DNA of 42,104 nucleotides, from NCBI GenBank assembly GCA_050118395.1, contig JASFKY010000003.1, positions 1 to 42,104 on the forward strand, in the 5' to 3' direction. This DNA is from Myxococcales bacterium. GTDB taxonomy: Bacteria > Myxococcota_A > Polyangia > Polyangiales > Houyiibacteriaceae. Positions 28,954 to 39,395 of the stretch are shown piece after piece; within the stretch, counting starts at the first letter, position 1, and the number at the start of each line of letters is the position of its first letter. The position numbers were made by a program, and so were the translations under genes. The notes below the pieces were generated by a model. That model was not told the origin of the DNA and did not search any database. It saw only the letters and a program-made list of their open reading frames with translations.

Positions 28954-29032
28954 GAATCCGAGGATTTGGGTTGCCCGTGCCGAGTTGCAAGGCCAATACA
29001 CGGCTTGATCCGTGCTGGGCATGTGAATACAG

Positions 29033-29803
<771 letters not shown>

Positions 29804-29809
29804 ACAACC

Positions 29810-30307
29810 ATGCCCAAAAGACTTTCCATTCGGCAGTTGTTGGACTGCTCCCAAGAGGAATTTTGGAAGCGAATCTTTGCGAGCGAGGATTTCAATCAAT
29901 ACCTCTACGAAGGTCTGGGATTCGAATACGAGCTCCAAGAGTGGAATCCGGAAACCGGGTATCGGCGGGCCAAGGTGTCACCGACGCTTCAGGTGCCGAA
30001 GGCCGTTGCGCGGGTCTTGGGTGACCGGTTCAGCTACGTCGAAGAAGGGACGTTCGACCCCCTGATCCAACGCTACGAGTTCCGCGTGATTCCCTGTGCG
30101 TTGTCCGACCGGATTCGTGCGCGAGGAAACGTCGACGTGGAGCCGGTGTCATCGAATCAGTGCGAGCGCCGGGTGACTTTGGAAATTGGCGCCGACGTGA
30201 TGGGGCTTGGACCGCTCATCGAAGCGTATTTCGTCGCAGCTACCCGGGAGCAGTACGCCAAGAACGCGGCGTTGGTGAACGAGTACCTGGCGAGCTCTCG
30301 TCAATGA
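29810..30307 (+). CDS. DUF2505-like (START/SRPBCC fold) protein
   Basis: CSQEEFW...F..EDFN, VPKAVARVLGDRFSYVEEG and EIGADVMGLGPLIE pattern. Confidence 0.65.
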   Translation: MPKRLSIRQLLDCSQEEFWKRIFASEDFNQYLYEGLGFEYELQEWNPETGYRRAKVSPTLQVPKAVARVLGDRFSYVEEGTFDPLIQRYEFRVIPCALSDRIRARGNVDVEPVSSNQCERRVTLEIGADVMGLGPLIEAYFVAATREQYAKNAALVNEYLASSRQ

Positions 30308-32010
30308 CCCGCAGGGCGACCCCCTTTTCGCGGATCGCTAGCGGCGATGAGCGACCGCGTCGGCACCCGTTCGATCTCGATGGCCTGCACGTTGGCCACG
30401 TTGTGAATGGGCTCGATCGAGTGGCCGCGCGCCCTGAGCGCGTCCTTTAGGCTCGCGTCCAGAGGCGCGATCTCCTCCACGCGAAGCGATGCGGGGATCC
30501 CCTGATGGTGAATACGCGGCGCTGCGACGGCCCGGCCAGCATCCATGCCGAACAACAACACATCGAGCGCCACCTGCTCCGTGGCGGTCACGATGCGGCT
30601 TCCGCCCGACGCCCCGATACACAGCTCCGGCTTTCCATGGGCAAAGACGATGGTGGGAGACATGGTGGAAACCGGACGCTTCCAGGGGCCCGGCAAGTTG
30701 CTCGCGCCCCCTACCAAGCCAAAGGCGTTGGCTTGGCCCACGTCACTGGCGAAGTCGTCCATCTCGTCGTTCATGACGATGCCGCCGCCAGTGAACCGAG
30801 CCCCGAACGGGAGGTTGACCGTCGTGGTGACCGAAGCGACGTTGCCCTCGGAATCGACGACGCAAAGATGCGAGGTCCCTCCGCCCTCCGGAGTGGCCGC
30901 TCGACGGGTGCTCCAGTCGATCGGAAAGTCGTATGCTTCCATGGGATGCGCACGTCCATCCTCCACGAGCGCGGCGCGCTTTTCGAGTCGGGATTTTTGC
31001 AGCATCCGGTCGATCGGCACGATCACCTGGTCCGGGTCGCCGAAGTAGAGCTGACGATCGAGGAAGGGTCCCTTCCAGGATTCGGCCAGTGCGTGCATGA
31101 AAGACGCATCGTGGGCCGGGTGGGGACCCACGGCCTGCTGCAAGATGAGAAGGCTCTGGATCAGCGTGAAGCCGCCAGCGCTCGGCGGAGGCGCGGTGAC
31201 CCAGCGATGCCCAAATGCGGTGGCCTCCAGGGGCTTTCGACTCCTCACTCGATAGGCGCGGAGGTCGTCGAGCGTCATGACGCCGCCGTGGCTTCGAACG
31301 GCTGCGACGATTTCCTGGCCGATGACACCGCCATAAATGACCGCAGCGCCGCGTTCTGCAAAGGCTCGGAGCACCCGTGCGAGGCTCGGCCGCTGGAGCG
31401 TTGCACCTGGCTTCAGGTTCCAAGTCGACATGACCGGATCCTCACGAAGCTGAGATCCGAAGACCGCTCCCATCGCGGCGAGCGCTTCGCTCACCGTGAA
31501 GCCCTGCTCGGCGAGTCGAAGGGCGGGCGCGACCACCTGATCCAGGCTGAGCCGCCCGAAACGGCGGACGAGCGCCTCGATGCCCGCGGGCTCTCCCGGT
31601 ACTCCCGCGGCGAGGCCACCGAGTTGCGAGGGGGCGTTGGCAGGACCGGGCGGCAGAGGCCCCTCGGTTTCGAACATGGTGGGGGTCGCCGCGCGTGGCG
31701 CCCGCTCGCGAAAGTCCAAAAACGAAACCGAGCCGTCTTTGGCCGAGTAATAGAGGGCGAATCCTCCGCCACCGAGCCCACTGCTGGCTGGATTCACGAC
31801 CCCGAGGGCCAGCATCGTGGCTGCAGCGGCGTCGGCCGCGTTGCCTCCGGCGGCCAGGATTTCCGCTCCTGCTTGCGATGCCTCTACGTGGTCGGACGCG
31901 ACCGCATCCTCCGTAAATACGGCTGTATGGTTGGGGGTGGAGTCGACGGTGAGCCCAGCGACCAGAAGGGCACAGAGGCACCCAATCAACACCAGGAACG
32001 AGCGTTTCAT
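30301..32010 (-). CDS. ggt: Gamma-glutamyltranspeptidase
   Basis: Signal peptide, GGNAADAA, SSGLGGGGF, LDFRERAP, GGG|TSHLCVVD (nucleophile Thr), NDEMDDF, GASGGSRI and SDPRK. Confidence 0.96.
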   Translation of the reverse strand: MKRSFLVLIGCLCALLVAGLTVDSTPNHTAVFTEDAVASDHVEASQAGAEILAAGGNAADAAAATMLALGVVNPASSGLGGGGFALYYSAKDGSVSFLDFRERAPRAATPTMFETEGPLPPGPANAPSQLGGLAAGVPGEPAGIEALVRRFGRLSLDQVVAPALRLAEQGFTVSEALAAMGAVFGSQLREDPVMSTWNLKPGATLQRPSLARVLRAFAERGAAVIYGGVIGQEIVAAVRSHGGVMTLDDLRAYRVRSRKPLEATAFGHRWVTAPPPSAGGFTLIQSLLILQQAVGPHPAHDASFMHALAESWKGPFLDRQLYFGDPDQVIVPIDRMLQKSRLEKRAALVEDGRAHPMEAYDFPIDWSTRRAATPEGGGTSHLCVVDSEGNVASVTTTVNLPFGARFTGGGIVMNDEMDDFASDVGQANAFGLVGGASNLPGPWKRPVSTMSPTIVFAHGKPELCIGASGGSRIVTATEQVALDVLLFGMDAGRAVAAPRIHHQGIPASLRVEEIAPLDASLKDALRARGHSIEPIHNVANVQAIEIERVPTRSLIAASDPRKGGRPAGH

Positions 32011-32058
32011 CGGTCGGACCTTGCCTCCAATCCAGCCGAGGTGCTACCGGAGAGGCCC

Positions 32059-33012
32059 ATGCGTTTGGTCTTCGTGATGGATCCGGTGTCTACGGTGATC
32101 GTGGACGAGGACACCAGCTTCGCCTTGATGCTCGAGGCGCAATCTCGAGGCCATCGAGTGGATCATTGCCTGGCCAGCGACGTGGGGCTTCGCGGGCAGC
32201 AAGTCATTGCACGCGTGCGCCGCGCCAGCATGCAACGCGACCCTTCGGAGCCGATCACCCTGGACGAGCCCGAAGACATCGATCTCGGAGACGTCGATGC
32301 GGTGTTCATCCGCAAAGATCCCCCGTTCACCGATGCGTACCTATGGTTGACGCTGGTGCTCGACCACCTCGAGGGACGTACGCTCGTGGTGAACAGTCCG
32401 CGCGGGCTTCGTGAAGCCAACGAGAAGCTCTACGCGCACCATTTCCCCCAGATCGTCCCACCTACCATCATGACCAGTCACAAGGACGAGGTATTGCGGT
32501 TCCTGCAAGACGTGGGCGGAAAGGGAGTGATCAAGCCCATCGACGGACACGGTGGCGAAGGCGTATTCGTGCTGTCCATCGGCGACACGAACCTGCATGG
32601 TCTGATCGAGGCCGTGACTCACACGGGAAGGCGCAATGCGATCGTGCAAGCTCTCCTTCCAGAAGTCTACGATTTCGGTGACAAACGCATCCTACTCGTC
32701 GATGGCGAGTTGTTGGGAGTGGTTGGACGGGTACCCCGTCAAGGCGACATCCGCAGCAACGTGCACGTGGGCGGCTCCGCCAAGCTGGCTTCACTCGACG
32801 AGGCCGACCTACAAATCATCGAGACGATCAAGCCGCGCCTGGTCACCGACGGGCTGTTTTTCGTGGGTCTAGACGTCATCGGGGGGCGGCTCATCGAAGT
32901 CAACGTGACGAGCCCCACGTTGATTCAGCAGATGGCGCGTCTCACCGGCGAGAATCTTTGTGCCACCGTCATCGATCGGCTCGAAGACAAAGTGCACGCC
33001 TACGGGCAATAA
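32059..33012 (+). CDS. gshB: Glutathione synthetase
   Basis: MRLVFVMDP, DTSFALMLEAQSRG, IRKDPP, ANEKL, GDKRILL, RSNVHVGG and IEVNVTSPT. Confidence 0.96.
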   Translation: MRLVFVMDPVSTVIVDEDTSFALMLEAQSRGHRVDHCLASDVGLRGQQVIARVRRASMQRDPSEPITLDEPEDIDLGDVDAVFIRKDPPFTDAYLWLTLVLDHLEGRTLVVNSPRGLREANEKLYAHHFPQIVPPTIMTSHKDEVLRFLQDVGGKGVIKPIDGHGGEGVFVLSIGDTNLHGLIEAVTHTGRRNAIVQALLPEVYDFGDKRILLVDGELLGVVGRVPRQGDIRSNVHVGGSAKLASLDEADLQIIETIKPRLVTDGLFFVGLDVIGGRLIEVNVTSPTLIQQMARLTGENLCATVIDRLEDKVHAYGQ

Positions 33013-33375
33013 TCACCGGCTGCTCGACCCGATCCGCACGGCGGACGAGATCCCCGCACCCGAAATCGCACCGACGCCTACGGCCACCGCGAACGCGGCC
33101 AGCGGGCTCAGCAAGTCCAAGCCGTCGAGCACCAAACCGGTCATGCCGAAGAAGCAGACGAAGAAGGTCCAAAACCGGCGAGACCTCAGCATGCGCGAAA
33201 AGAACCCGTGCGCGCTGACGCCCTCGAGCTGGCCGATTTGGCTCGGTCGTGAGGGGTCGTCCATGAGAGGAACTCGGTCAGCGGGGTCATCGCGACGTTG
33301 GTCGCCCAAGAACAGGGCCGCAGCCAAGAGCGAGGCACCGAGCACGAGCGAGAGAATGTACAGGTTGATGAGCAT
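33013..33375 (-). CDS. Small membrane protein (3 TM), resembles the N-terminal part of NfeD/YqiJ-like proteins
   Basis: LYILSLVLGASLL...SRRFWTFFVCFFGMTGL; ATG 17 nt after the upstream kinase stop. Confidence 0.6.
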   Translation of the reverse strand: MLINLYILSLVLGASLLAAALFLGDQRRDDPADRVPLMDDPSRPSQIGQLEGVSAHGFFSRMLRSRRFWTFFVCFFGMTGLVLDGLDLLSPLAAFAVAVGVGAISGAGISSAVRIGSSSR

Positions 33376-33392
33376 GTGGAGGCCGGCTCCGG

Positions 33393-34325
33393 TCAACGAG
33401 CAAGCACGCCCGTTGCACCCCAGAGCACATCGATAGGATGAAGACCCTCTTCCTTGCAAGCCATTTCGAATCCACTTGCGGCATCTGCATCCGTGAAAAA
33501 CGCAACGGCCACATCGCCGCCACCCGCCCCGGATGGTTTGGCTCCGCCCGAAAAACGCGCTGCGAGGTCGGCGACTCGCTGAAGTTGCACGTCGACGATG
33601 GGGGCTCGGGCCGCGTCGCCGAGCTCGCGCATCGCCTCCCCGTAGGAGGTCGCTCGACAAACGACATCTCGAGCCCGGCCAGCTTCGAAGGCTGTGGCAA
33701 AGGCGGATCCTATTTCGCCGAGGCGGGCCAAGAGCGCATCGTAAGCGCCTCGATCCCGGTCGCGAAATCCGCGAAGGGCGGCTAGAAGCTCGCTCGTCCT
33801 CGAGGCATGGCCGGTCCATATCAACCGAAGCAGCAACTTGGAAGGGCAGCCCAAAGGCCGTATTTCCAACTGGCCGTCGACCCGCGCGAAGCGAAGAAAT
33901 CCACCAAATGTCGACGCGGCCACATCGACGCCACTGCCGCGTGGCGCGATGGAGGCGTGGCCCCGGTAGGCGCAATCGAAGATTCGGTTCCGCGACTCGA
34001 TATCGGCGAGATCATGGCCGTGCGTTGCAAAGACGGCTGCTGCGGTCGCGGCTGCTGCGGCCGCGGACGAGCCCAAGCCGAGCTTGACTCGGTCGAGTCG
34101 AAGAGCGCTCGCGTCGAGCTGCAACGTGCCAGGCACATCGCCACATTCCTTTCGAGCGAGATCGAGAGTCGCTGCGACCTCCGGCGGCATCGGGAGCTCA
34201 AGGTGGGACCATCGGACGAACGCCCTGCGGTCGACCGCACTGACGATTGCCGGAGTACCGTCGAGCACCGCGTATTCACCACACAAAAGCGCTTTGCCGG
34301 GGGCGCTTGCGCCAACCGGCTTCAT
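33393..34325 (-). CDS. Phosphomevalonate kinase (GHMP family)
   Basis: SAPGKALLCGEYAVL, KLGLGSSAA, GSGVDVAAS and KPSGAGGGD; TGATG-coupled to mvaD. Confidence 0.88.
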   Translation of the reverse strand: MKPVGASAPGKALLCGEYAVLDGTPAIVSAVDRRAFVRWSHLELPMPPEVAATLDLARKECGDVPGTLQLDASALRLDRVKLGLGSSAAAAAATAAAVFATHGHDLADIESRNRIFDCAYRGHASIAPRGSGVDVAASTFGGFLRFARVDGQLEIRPLGCPSKLLLRLIWTGHASRTSELLAALRGFRDRDRGAYDALLARLGEIGSAFATAFEAGRARDVVCRATSYGEAMRELGDAARAPIVDVQLQRVADLAARFSGGAKPSGAGGGDVAVAFFTDADAASGFEMACKEEGLHPIDVLWGATGVLAR

Positions 34326-35311
34326 CAGTGCACCTCGACGCCGGGTCCCGGCGCAGCGACCCAAGTGCGCGTGACGCCCGGGGTTCGGTCCAGCGCCTGC
34401 CGTACGCGCACGGCATCGCGTGCGTGGCAAAGCGCTTTGACGTGGGGACCGGCGTCCATGGTGGCCCAGGCGGAGACACCCTGCTCGCGAAGGTCTCGAA
34501 CCGTGGCGAGCGCTGCGAGCGTCGCGGGTGCCCAGTACAAGATCGGGGGGTCGGAGGTGATTGCACAGCAGTGAAATGCCAGCGTGCTCCGTTCCATGGC
34601 TGTCCCGAGGGCCTCTAGATCGCGATCTTTGATCGCCCGCTTGATCGTTCGAGCCAGGCCCGGTGCGGTTTCGAGCCAAGCCTGGTAGTAGGGAGAGGTC
34701 TTGCGAGAGCGCTCCATGCCCTCGGTGGATCCGATCTTTTTCTTGCCGGGCTCGGTCAGGGCCACCACCAAGCGCAGGTTCCAGTAGTCAGCGGGTGCTA
34801 GCTGTCGCGCCGACAAGTCCATATCGCCCCGCCGGCCGGCTGGCAGCTCGACGAAGCCGCCGAAGATCGAACGGGCGGCGGAGGCGCTCGAGGCCCGCGC
34901 TAGCGAGCTCAGACGGCGGGAATTGTGGCGAATTCCTGCAGCCGCGGCCGAGGCAGCCGCCAATGCCGCAAAGCCGGATGCGCTCGATGCCAAACCCGCG
35001 GCGGTCGGAAATCGATTGTGACTGGTGACCTTGGCGCGCAGGCGCAAGCGGGCGTTTCGCCGAATGCGGTCCAGCATCGCCACCACTCGCGCGTTTTCTG
35101 CGGCAGTGGCTGGACGACCGTCCAGCCTCACCTCGTCGGCGTCCAGCGAGGGGTCGAATCGGACGCGCGTCTCGGTGACCAATTGGTCGAGCGTGAGCGA
35201 GATGCTCGGGACCGCCGGCACGTTCCACTTGCTGTCGGCCTTTCCCCAATACTTCGCGAGCGCGATGTTCGCGCACGCTTTGGCGGTGGCTTCCATGGGC
35301 CGCTCGCTCAC
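34325..35311 (-). CDS. mvaD: Diphosphomevalonate decarboxylase
   Basis: ANIALAKYWGK, PSISLTL, FPTAAGLASSASGFAAL, SASAARS and TMDAGPHVK. Start GTG 35311 (GTGA overlap) or ATG 35296. Confidence 0.96.
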   Translation of the reverse strand: MSERPMEATAKACANIALAKYWGKADSKWNVPAVPSISLTLDQLVTETRVRFDPSLDADEVRLDGRPATAAENARVVAMLDRIRRNARLRLRAKVTSHNRFPTAAGLASSASGFAALAAASAAAAGIRHNSRRLSSLARASSASAARSIFGGFVELPAGRRGDMDLSARQLAPADYWNLRLVVALTEPGKKKIGSTEGMERSRKTSPYYQAWLETAPGLARTIKRAIKDRDLEALGTAMERSTLAFHCCAITSDPPILYWAPATLAALATVRDLREQGVSAWATMDAGPHVKALCHARDAVRVRQALDRTPGVTRTWVAAPGPGVEVH

Positions 35312-36204
35312 CGGCTCACCTCGGCCACGAACGCCTCCTTGCCGAGGATGGCTCGGAGGCGATCGGCTTCTTCCCGTTTGGCTGCCAAGGCAAACATGCA
35401 GCCGCCACCTCCGGCTCCGGTCATCTTCGCGCCGAGCGCTCCGGCCGCGCGGGCCGCTTGGCACATCGCATCGATCTTGGTCGTACACAACATGAGGGAG
35501 CTCAAGATGGTGTGATTCAGATCCAGCAACTGACCGAGCGCCACGTGGTCACCGGTTTCGATCGCGACCTTGGCGTTGAGCACCAGTGACTCGATGCCCT
35601 GGAACGCCTTGCGAACGCGATCGGGGTCGTTCCGCATTTGACGCGCGACCGAATCGACCATTCGTTTGGTGCTCGACGACTCGCCGCTGTACCCGATCAC
35701 CAAATGGAGGGGCTTGTTCGAATGCAGGGGTTCGAGCGGTGCGCCCCTGCGAAACAGCGCCACGCCTCCCACAGCCGACATCGCGTTGTCTACACCGGAC
35801 GGATTGCCGTGAAAAACCGCTTCCCAGCAAAGCGCGGTGGCACCCAGCGCATCTCTCGATCGCTCGATGCCGAGGGCTTGGTCGATGGCGTCGATGACGG
35901 CCACGCCGATGGCTGCCGAGCATCCCAGACCGGCGCCAGCGGGCAACTCGACGCGGGCATTCACTTCGAGCGCAGGGCGCTTCGGATACATCGCAAGCAC
36001 CGCCGCGAAAGCTCGCTCCAAGGGCTCTTCGCTCTCCGGGTCGGGCCCAAGGGTCAGATTCCACGGACTGAGGCGGAGCAGGTCCGCCGTTGCGATGGAG
36101 GCTCGGGCGGTGACGCCTCGTTCAATCCCGACCGCAATTGCCGGATAGCCGTGCACCACCGCATGCTCGCCGAGCAGGATCACCTTCCCCCGCCCAAATC
36201 CCAT
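35308..36204 (-). CDS. mvk: Mevalonate kinase
   Basis: GKVILLGEHAVVHG, PAGAGLGCSAA, HGNPSGVD and AKMTGAGGGGC. Confidence 0.95.
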   Translation of the reverse strand: MGFGRGKVILLGEHAVVHGYPAIAVGIERGVTARASIATADLLRLSPWNLTLGPDPESEEPLERAFAAVLAMYPKRPALEVNARVELPAGAGLGCSAAIGVAVIDAIDQALGIERSRDALGATALCWEAVFHGNPSGVDNAMSAVGGVALFRRGAPLEPLHSNKPLHLVIGYSGESSSTKRMVDSVARQMRNDPDRVRKAFQGIESLVLNAKVAIETGDHVALGQLLDLNHTILSSLMLCTTKIDAMCQAARAAGALGAKMTGAGGGGCMFALAAKREEADRLRAILGKEAFVAEVSR

Positions 36205-37241
36205 CAGCTTCCTCGTTCCGTCAGCCGGAGCGTCACCTCTTCGAGCATGCTCTTGGCCTCCGGATCGAAGGGGCTCGAGGCGATTGCGCTGCGCGCTTCG
36301 TCGACCAGCACGGCCAAGCGCGCTTCCACTTCGGCTCTGGCATTGGCCAGAACCTCCCAAGCGGCCTGCAAGGCCTCGTCCGTGGCATCGGGCCGGCCCC
36401 ACACGGCGTCGAGGGCGGCCTGCGCCGCAGCGTCTGGCTCGAGCTTGCGAAACGCAGCGACGACTGCATTGTGCTTGCCGTGTCGGAGGTCGTCGCCTGG
36501 TTTGCCCGTCTCTTTGACGGTCCCGAAGGTGCTCAGTAGGTCGTCCCGCAGCTGAAAAGCCACGCCCAAAGGAGCCGACCATGCGTGAAGCGAACCCATG
36601 GAGAACGGATCGGCGCCGGCTAGGATCCCCCCGAGCTCCGCCGGTCCCCTCGTGGTGTAGCTGCCGGTCTTCAAGTCGTGCATTCGCTCCACGTCGGGGT
36701 CCGTCATGAGATCCAACTGCTGGCCTGCAAACACTTCCTTCTGAATCTCGATGAAGAGACGAAGTGCTTCATCGCGGCGTCCGGTTGGAAAGTGACTGCG
36801 TAACAAGAGCTCCCAACTGAAGGTAGACGCCAAGTCCCCCGCGAGAATTCCGAGGCTGGCACCCAAATGCGCACCTCCATGCCGGCGCTCGAACGCATAG
36901 TGGACCGCCGGGCCGCCACGCCGCTCGAGGTCCTGGTCCATCCAGTCGTCGTGGATCAGTAAATAGGTTTGCAGTAGCTCGAGGGAGGCGCCCGCCTCGA
37001 CGGTGGCCTCCGAAGCGTCCCCACCTCCCGCGGCCCGATGGGCCGCTGCCATCACGATGGGACGAAGCCTCTTGCCGCCGCGCATGGTCAGCTCGCGGAC
37101 CTCGACGACGAGCTCGCTGGCTCGCGGAGAGAGCCGCGCCGCTTCTGCGCATTTGGATTCGAAAAAAGCTTCCAGCGCCGCATCGATCTGCCGCCGGATG
37201 CCATTCATCCATGAGTCGAGACTGGAGAGCCCTTGCGCCAC
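36204..37241 (-). CDS. Short-chain polyprenyl diphosphate synthase (FPP/GGPP synthase-like)
   Basis: GGKRLRP, FARM YLLIHDDWMD...RRG, GQQLDL, KTGSYT and second motif FQLRDDLLS. Start GTG 37241 or ATG 37208. Confidence 0.93.
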   Translation of the reverse strand: MAQGLSSLDSWMNGIRRQIDAALEAFFESKCAEAARLSPRASELVVEVRELTMRGGKRLRPIVMAAAHRAAGGGDASEATVEAGASLELLQTYLLIHDDWMDQDLERRGGPAVHYAFERRHGGAHLGASLGILAGDLASTFSWELLLRSHFPTGRRDEALRLFIEIQKEVFAGQQLDLMTDPDVERMHDLKTGSYTTRGPAELGGILAGADPFSMGSLHAWSAPLGVAFQLRDDLLSTFGTVKETGKPGDDLRHGKHNAVVAAFRKLEPDAAAQAALDAVWGRPDATDEALQAAWEVLANARAEVEARLAVLVDEARSAIASSPFDPEAKSMLEEVTLRLTERGS

Positions 37242-37302
37242 GGTGTCAGCGTCCCTATTCCGAGCTACGTACACGGCCCCACGCCGCTGAGCAAGCATCG
37301 GG

Positions 37303-38343
37303 ATGAGCACCGACATCGAGAACAGAAAGGCAGATCACCTCGATCTGTGTGCGACCGACGAGGTCGCATTCCGGAAGCGAACCACGCTTCTGGAGTGCGT
37401 CCGACTCGTGCATCAATCGCTGCCGGAGCTCGACTTCGACTCCGTCGATACGCGTGTGCGCCTGTTGGGCAAAGAGCTCCGTGCGCCGCTGTTGATCGCG
37501 GCGATGACGGGGGGGCATGAGCGAGCGGCGGAGATCAACCGATCGTTGGCTTCGATCGCCAACGAGCTCGGCTACGCATTCGGTTTGGGAAGCCAACGAG
37601 CAATGCAGAAGCGCCCCGAGACGCGCTGGACCTATCAGGTGCGCGAGCACGCGCCAGAGGTGTTGCTTCTGGGCAACGTGGGCGTGGTGCAGGCTCGCGA
37701 TCTGCCCACCGAGACGATTGCGCGCATGCTTGCCGACGTCGGAGCCGATGCGCTTTGCCTGCACATGAACCCGGCCATGGAGCTCGTGCAACCCGAGGGG
37801 GACCGGGACTTTCGCGGTGGGCTGGCGACGTTTCAACGACTGTGGGCGGAGCTCGATCTTCCCGTGATCGCAAAGGAGACGGGAAACGGCATCAGTCGCG
37901 AGGTTGCGGCGCGCCTTCGCGCAACCGGGATCAAGCACGCGGACACTTCGGGCGCCGGCGGCACCTCCTGGGTCGGGGTCGAGACCTTGCGTGCCGACGG
38001 AGACGGCCGAGCGCTCGGCGAGGCGCTCTGGGACTGGGGGATTCCAACCGCAGCTTCCGTCCGGTACTGCGTCGATGCCGGGATGACCACCATCGCGACG
38101 GGGGGTATTCGTACCGGGATGGATGTGGCCCGAGCGATTGCACTCGGGGCGAGCTGCGCCGGCATCGCGCGCAACGTGTATCAGGCGTTTCTCGATGGGG
38201 GCATCGACGGCGCTCGGGGGTTTCTGCAGCGCGTCGAGCGGGAGCTTCGTTCCGTCATGCTGCTTTGTGGCGCCCAGACCATCGAGCAGCTCCAAAAGGT
38301 GCCCTACGTGTTGACCGGGGAGCTGCGCGACTGGATCGCGTGA
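37303..38343 (+). CDS. fni: Type 2 isopentenyl-diphosphate delta-isomerase (FMN-dependent)
   Basis: RKADHL, AAMTGG, LGSQR, LHMNPAME, KETGNG, SGAGGTSW and TGGIRTG. Confidence 0.97.
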   Translation: MSTDIENRKADHLDLCATDEVAFRKRTTLLECVRLVHQSLPELDFDSVDTRVRLLGKELRAPLLIAAMTGGHERAAEINRSLASIANELGYAFGLGSQRAMQKRPETRWTYQVREHAPEVLLLGNVGVVQARDLPTETIARMLADVGADALCLHMNPAMELVQPEGDRDFRGGLATFQRLWAELDLPVIAKETGNGISREVAARLRATGIKHADTSGAGGTSWVGVETLRADGDGRALGEALWDWGIPTAASVRYCVDAGMTTIATGGIRTGMDVARAIALGASCAGIARNVYQAFLDGGIDGARGFLQRVERELRSVMLLCGAQTIEQLQKVPYVLTGELRDWIA

Positions 38344-38345
38344 AT

Positions 38346-39395
38346 CTAGCTCTCGCCGGGGGCTTCGGTGGGGACGGTTTCTCTCTCCTTTTCGGGGGGG
38401 TGGTATCGGAGGAGGTCTTCCACCCGCTCCAACAACTCGCCTTCGAAATGAACGGAGAATCGCGGCTCGAGCAGCTTCGTCCGAACCCGCCATACCACCG
38501 GATCGGCGGGGTCGCGCAGCACGACCGGCGTCGCCCCGGCGAGAACCCAAGGTGAGCTGAGGATCGCGTCGGTGAGCGCCAACCTCACCTTGCCGGCGTC
38601 CTCGTAGCCCTCGAGGCGGACCACGACTTCGTGCTCTGCATCGGCGCCCGAATCGTACACCATCGGCGCGCCCACCATCGCCCGATTGGGCACGGTGAGG
38701 CGATGCCCCTGTCCGTCTCGCAGCCAAGTGGCGCGGAGCGAACGGCCCTCGACCGTGCCCTGAAAGCCCTCACCCGAAACCCAGACGCCCTTTTTCACGC
38801 GGCGCTCCGCCGCCAAGATGACGCCGGCGACCAGGTCGGCGAACAAGTCGCGAATGGACCAACCCACCACGACGGCGAGGATCAACAGCGTCCAAAGGAT
38901 CCAGTCCTGTGCTCCCGGAATCAGCTTGAGCACGATGGCAAGAACCACCGCCACCCCGGCCAGACGAAGAAGCAACACGAATACGCCCAGCATTCGTCGG
39001 ACTGGGATGTTGGTCGTGATCCAGCTTCGAGCGCGTTCGGCGACGAACAGCGCGATGCCGATCCCCAGCAAGGAAAGGAAGAGGATGAGCAGTGGCCGAC
39101 TGTGCTTTGGAGGTTGCGCAGGGGTCCCGACGCGAGGGCGCGGGGGCGCCTCGGCGATGCTTGGCGGCGGGCTCGGAACCTCGGCCGCGGCCTGCTCGGC
39201 TTGCGCTGGGGACGGTGCCGTTCGGGGTGGCCGTGCCCGCTCTCCCTGCGCCGGCGCACCATCTGGGACAGATGGGGGCTCGGCCGGTGCTTCGGCTGCG
39301 TCGCGATCGGGAAAATCGAGCAACTGGGCCGCCGCGGTGGAGGCCAGAAGCCATGTCAGCCACGCGCACCAGGCGTATCGCCGAAGCGTACTCAT
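38346..39395 (-). CDS. MscS-family mechanosensitive channel domain protein with signal peptide and Pro/Ala-rich linker
   Basis: Three TMs, then GWSIRDLFADLVAGVIL...GVWV...GTVEGRSLRATWL...TVPNR (MscS TM3 and beta domain); ATGA-coupled to the upstream gene. Confidence 0.85.
   Translation of the reverse strand: MSTLRRYAWCAWLTWLLASTAAAQLLDFPDRDAAEAPAEPPSVPDGAPAQGERARPPRTAPSPAQAEQAAAEVPSPPPSIAEAPPRPRVGTPAQPPKHSRPLLILFLSLLGIGIALFVAERARSWITTNIPVRRMLGVFVLLLRLAGVAVVLAIVLKLIPGAQDWILWTLLILAVVVGWSIRDLFADLVAGVILAAERRVKKGVWVSGEGFQGTVEGRSLRATWLRDGQGHRLTVPNRAMVGAPMVYDSGADAEHEVVVRLEGYEDAGKVRLALTDAILSSPWVLAGATPVVLRDPADPVVWRVRTKLLEPRFSVHFEGELLERVEDLLRYHPPEKERETVPTEAPGES

Noticed and set aside
30505-32058. Apparent 835-aa GshB fusion
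   Set aside because: The extra 518 codons are the antisense shadow of ggt; the true gshB starts at ATG 32059 after a GGAGAGG RBS.
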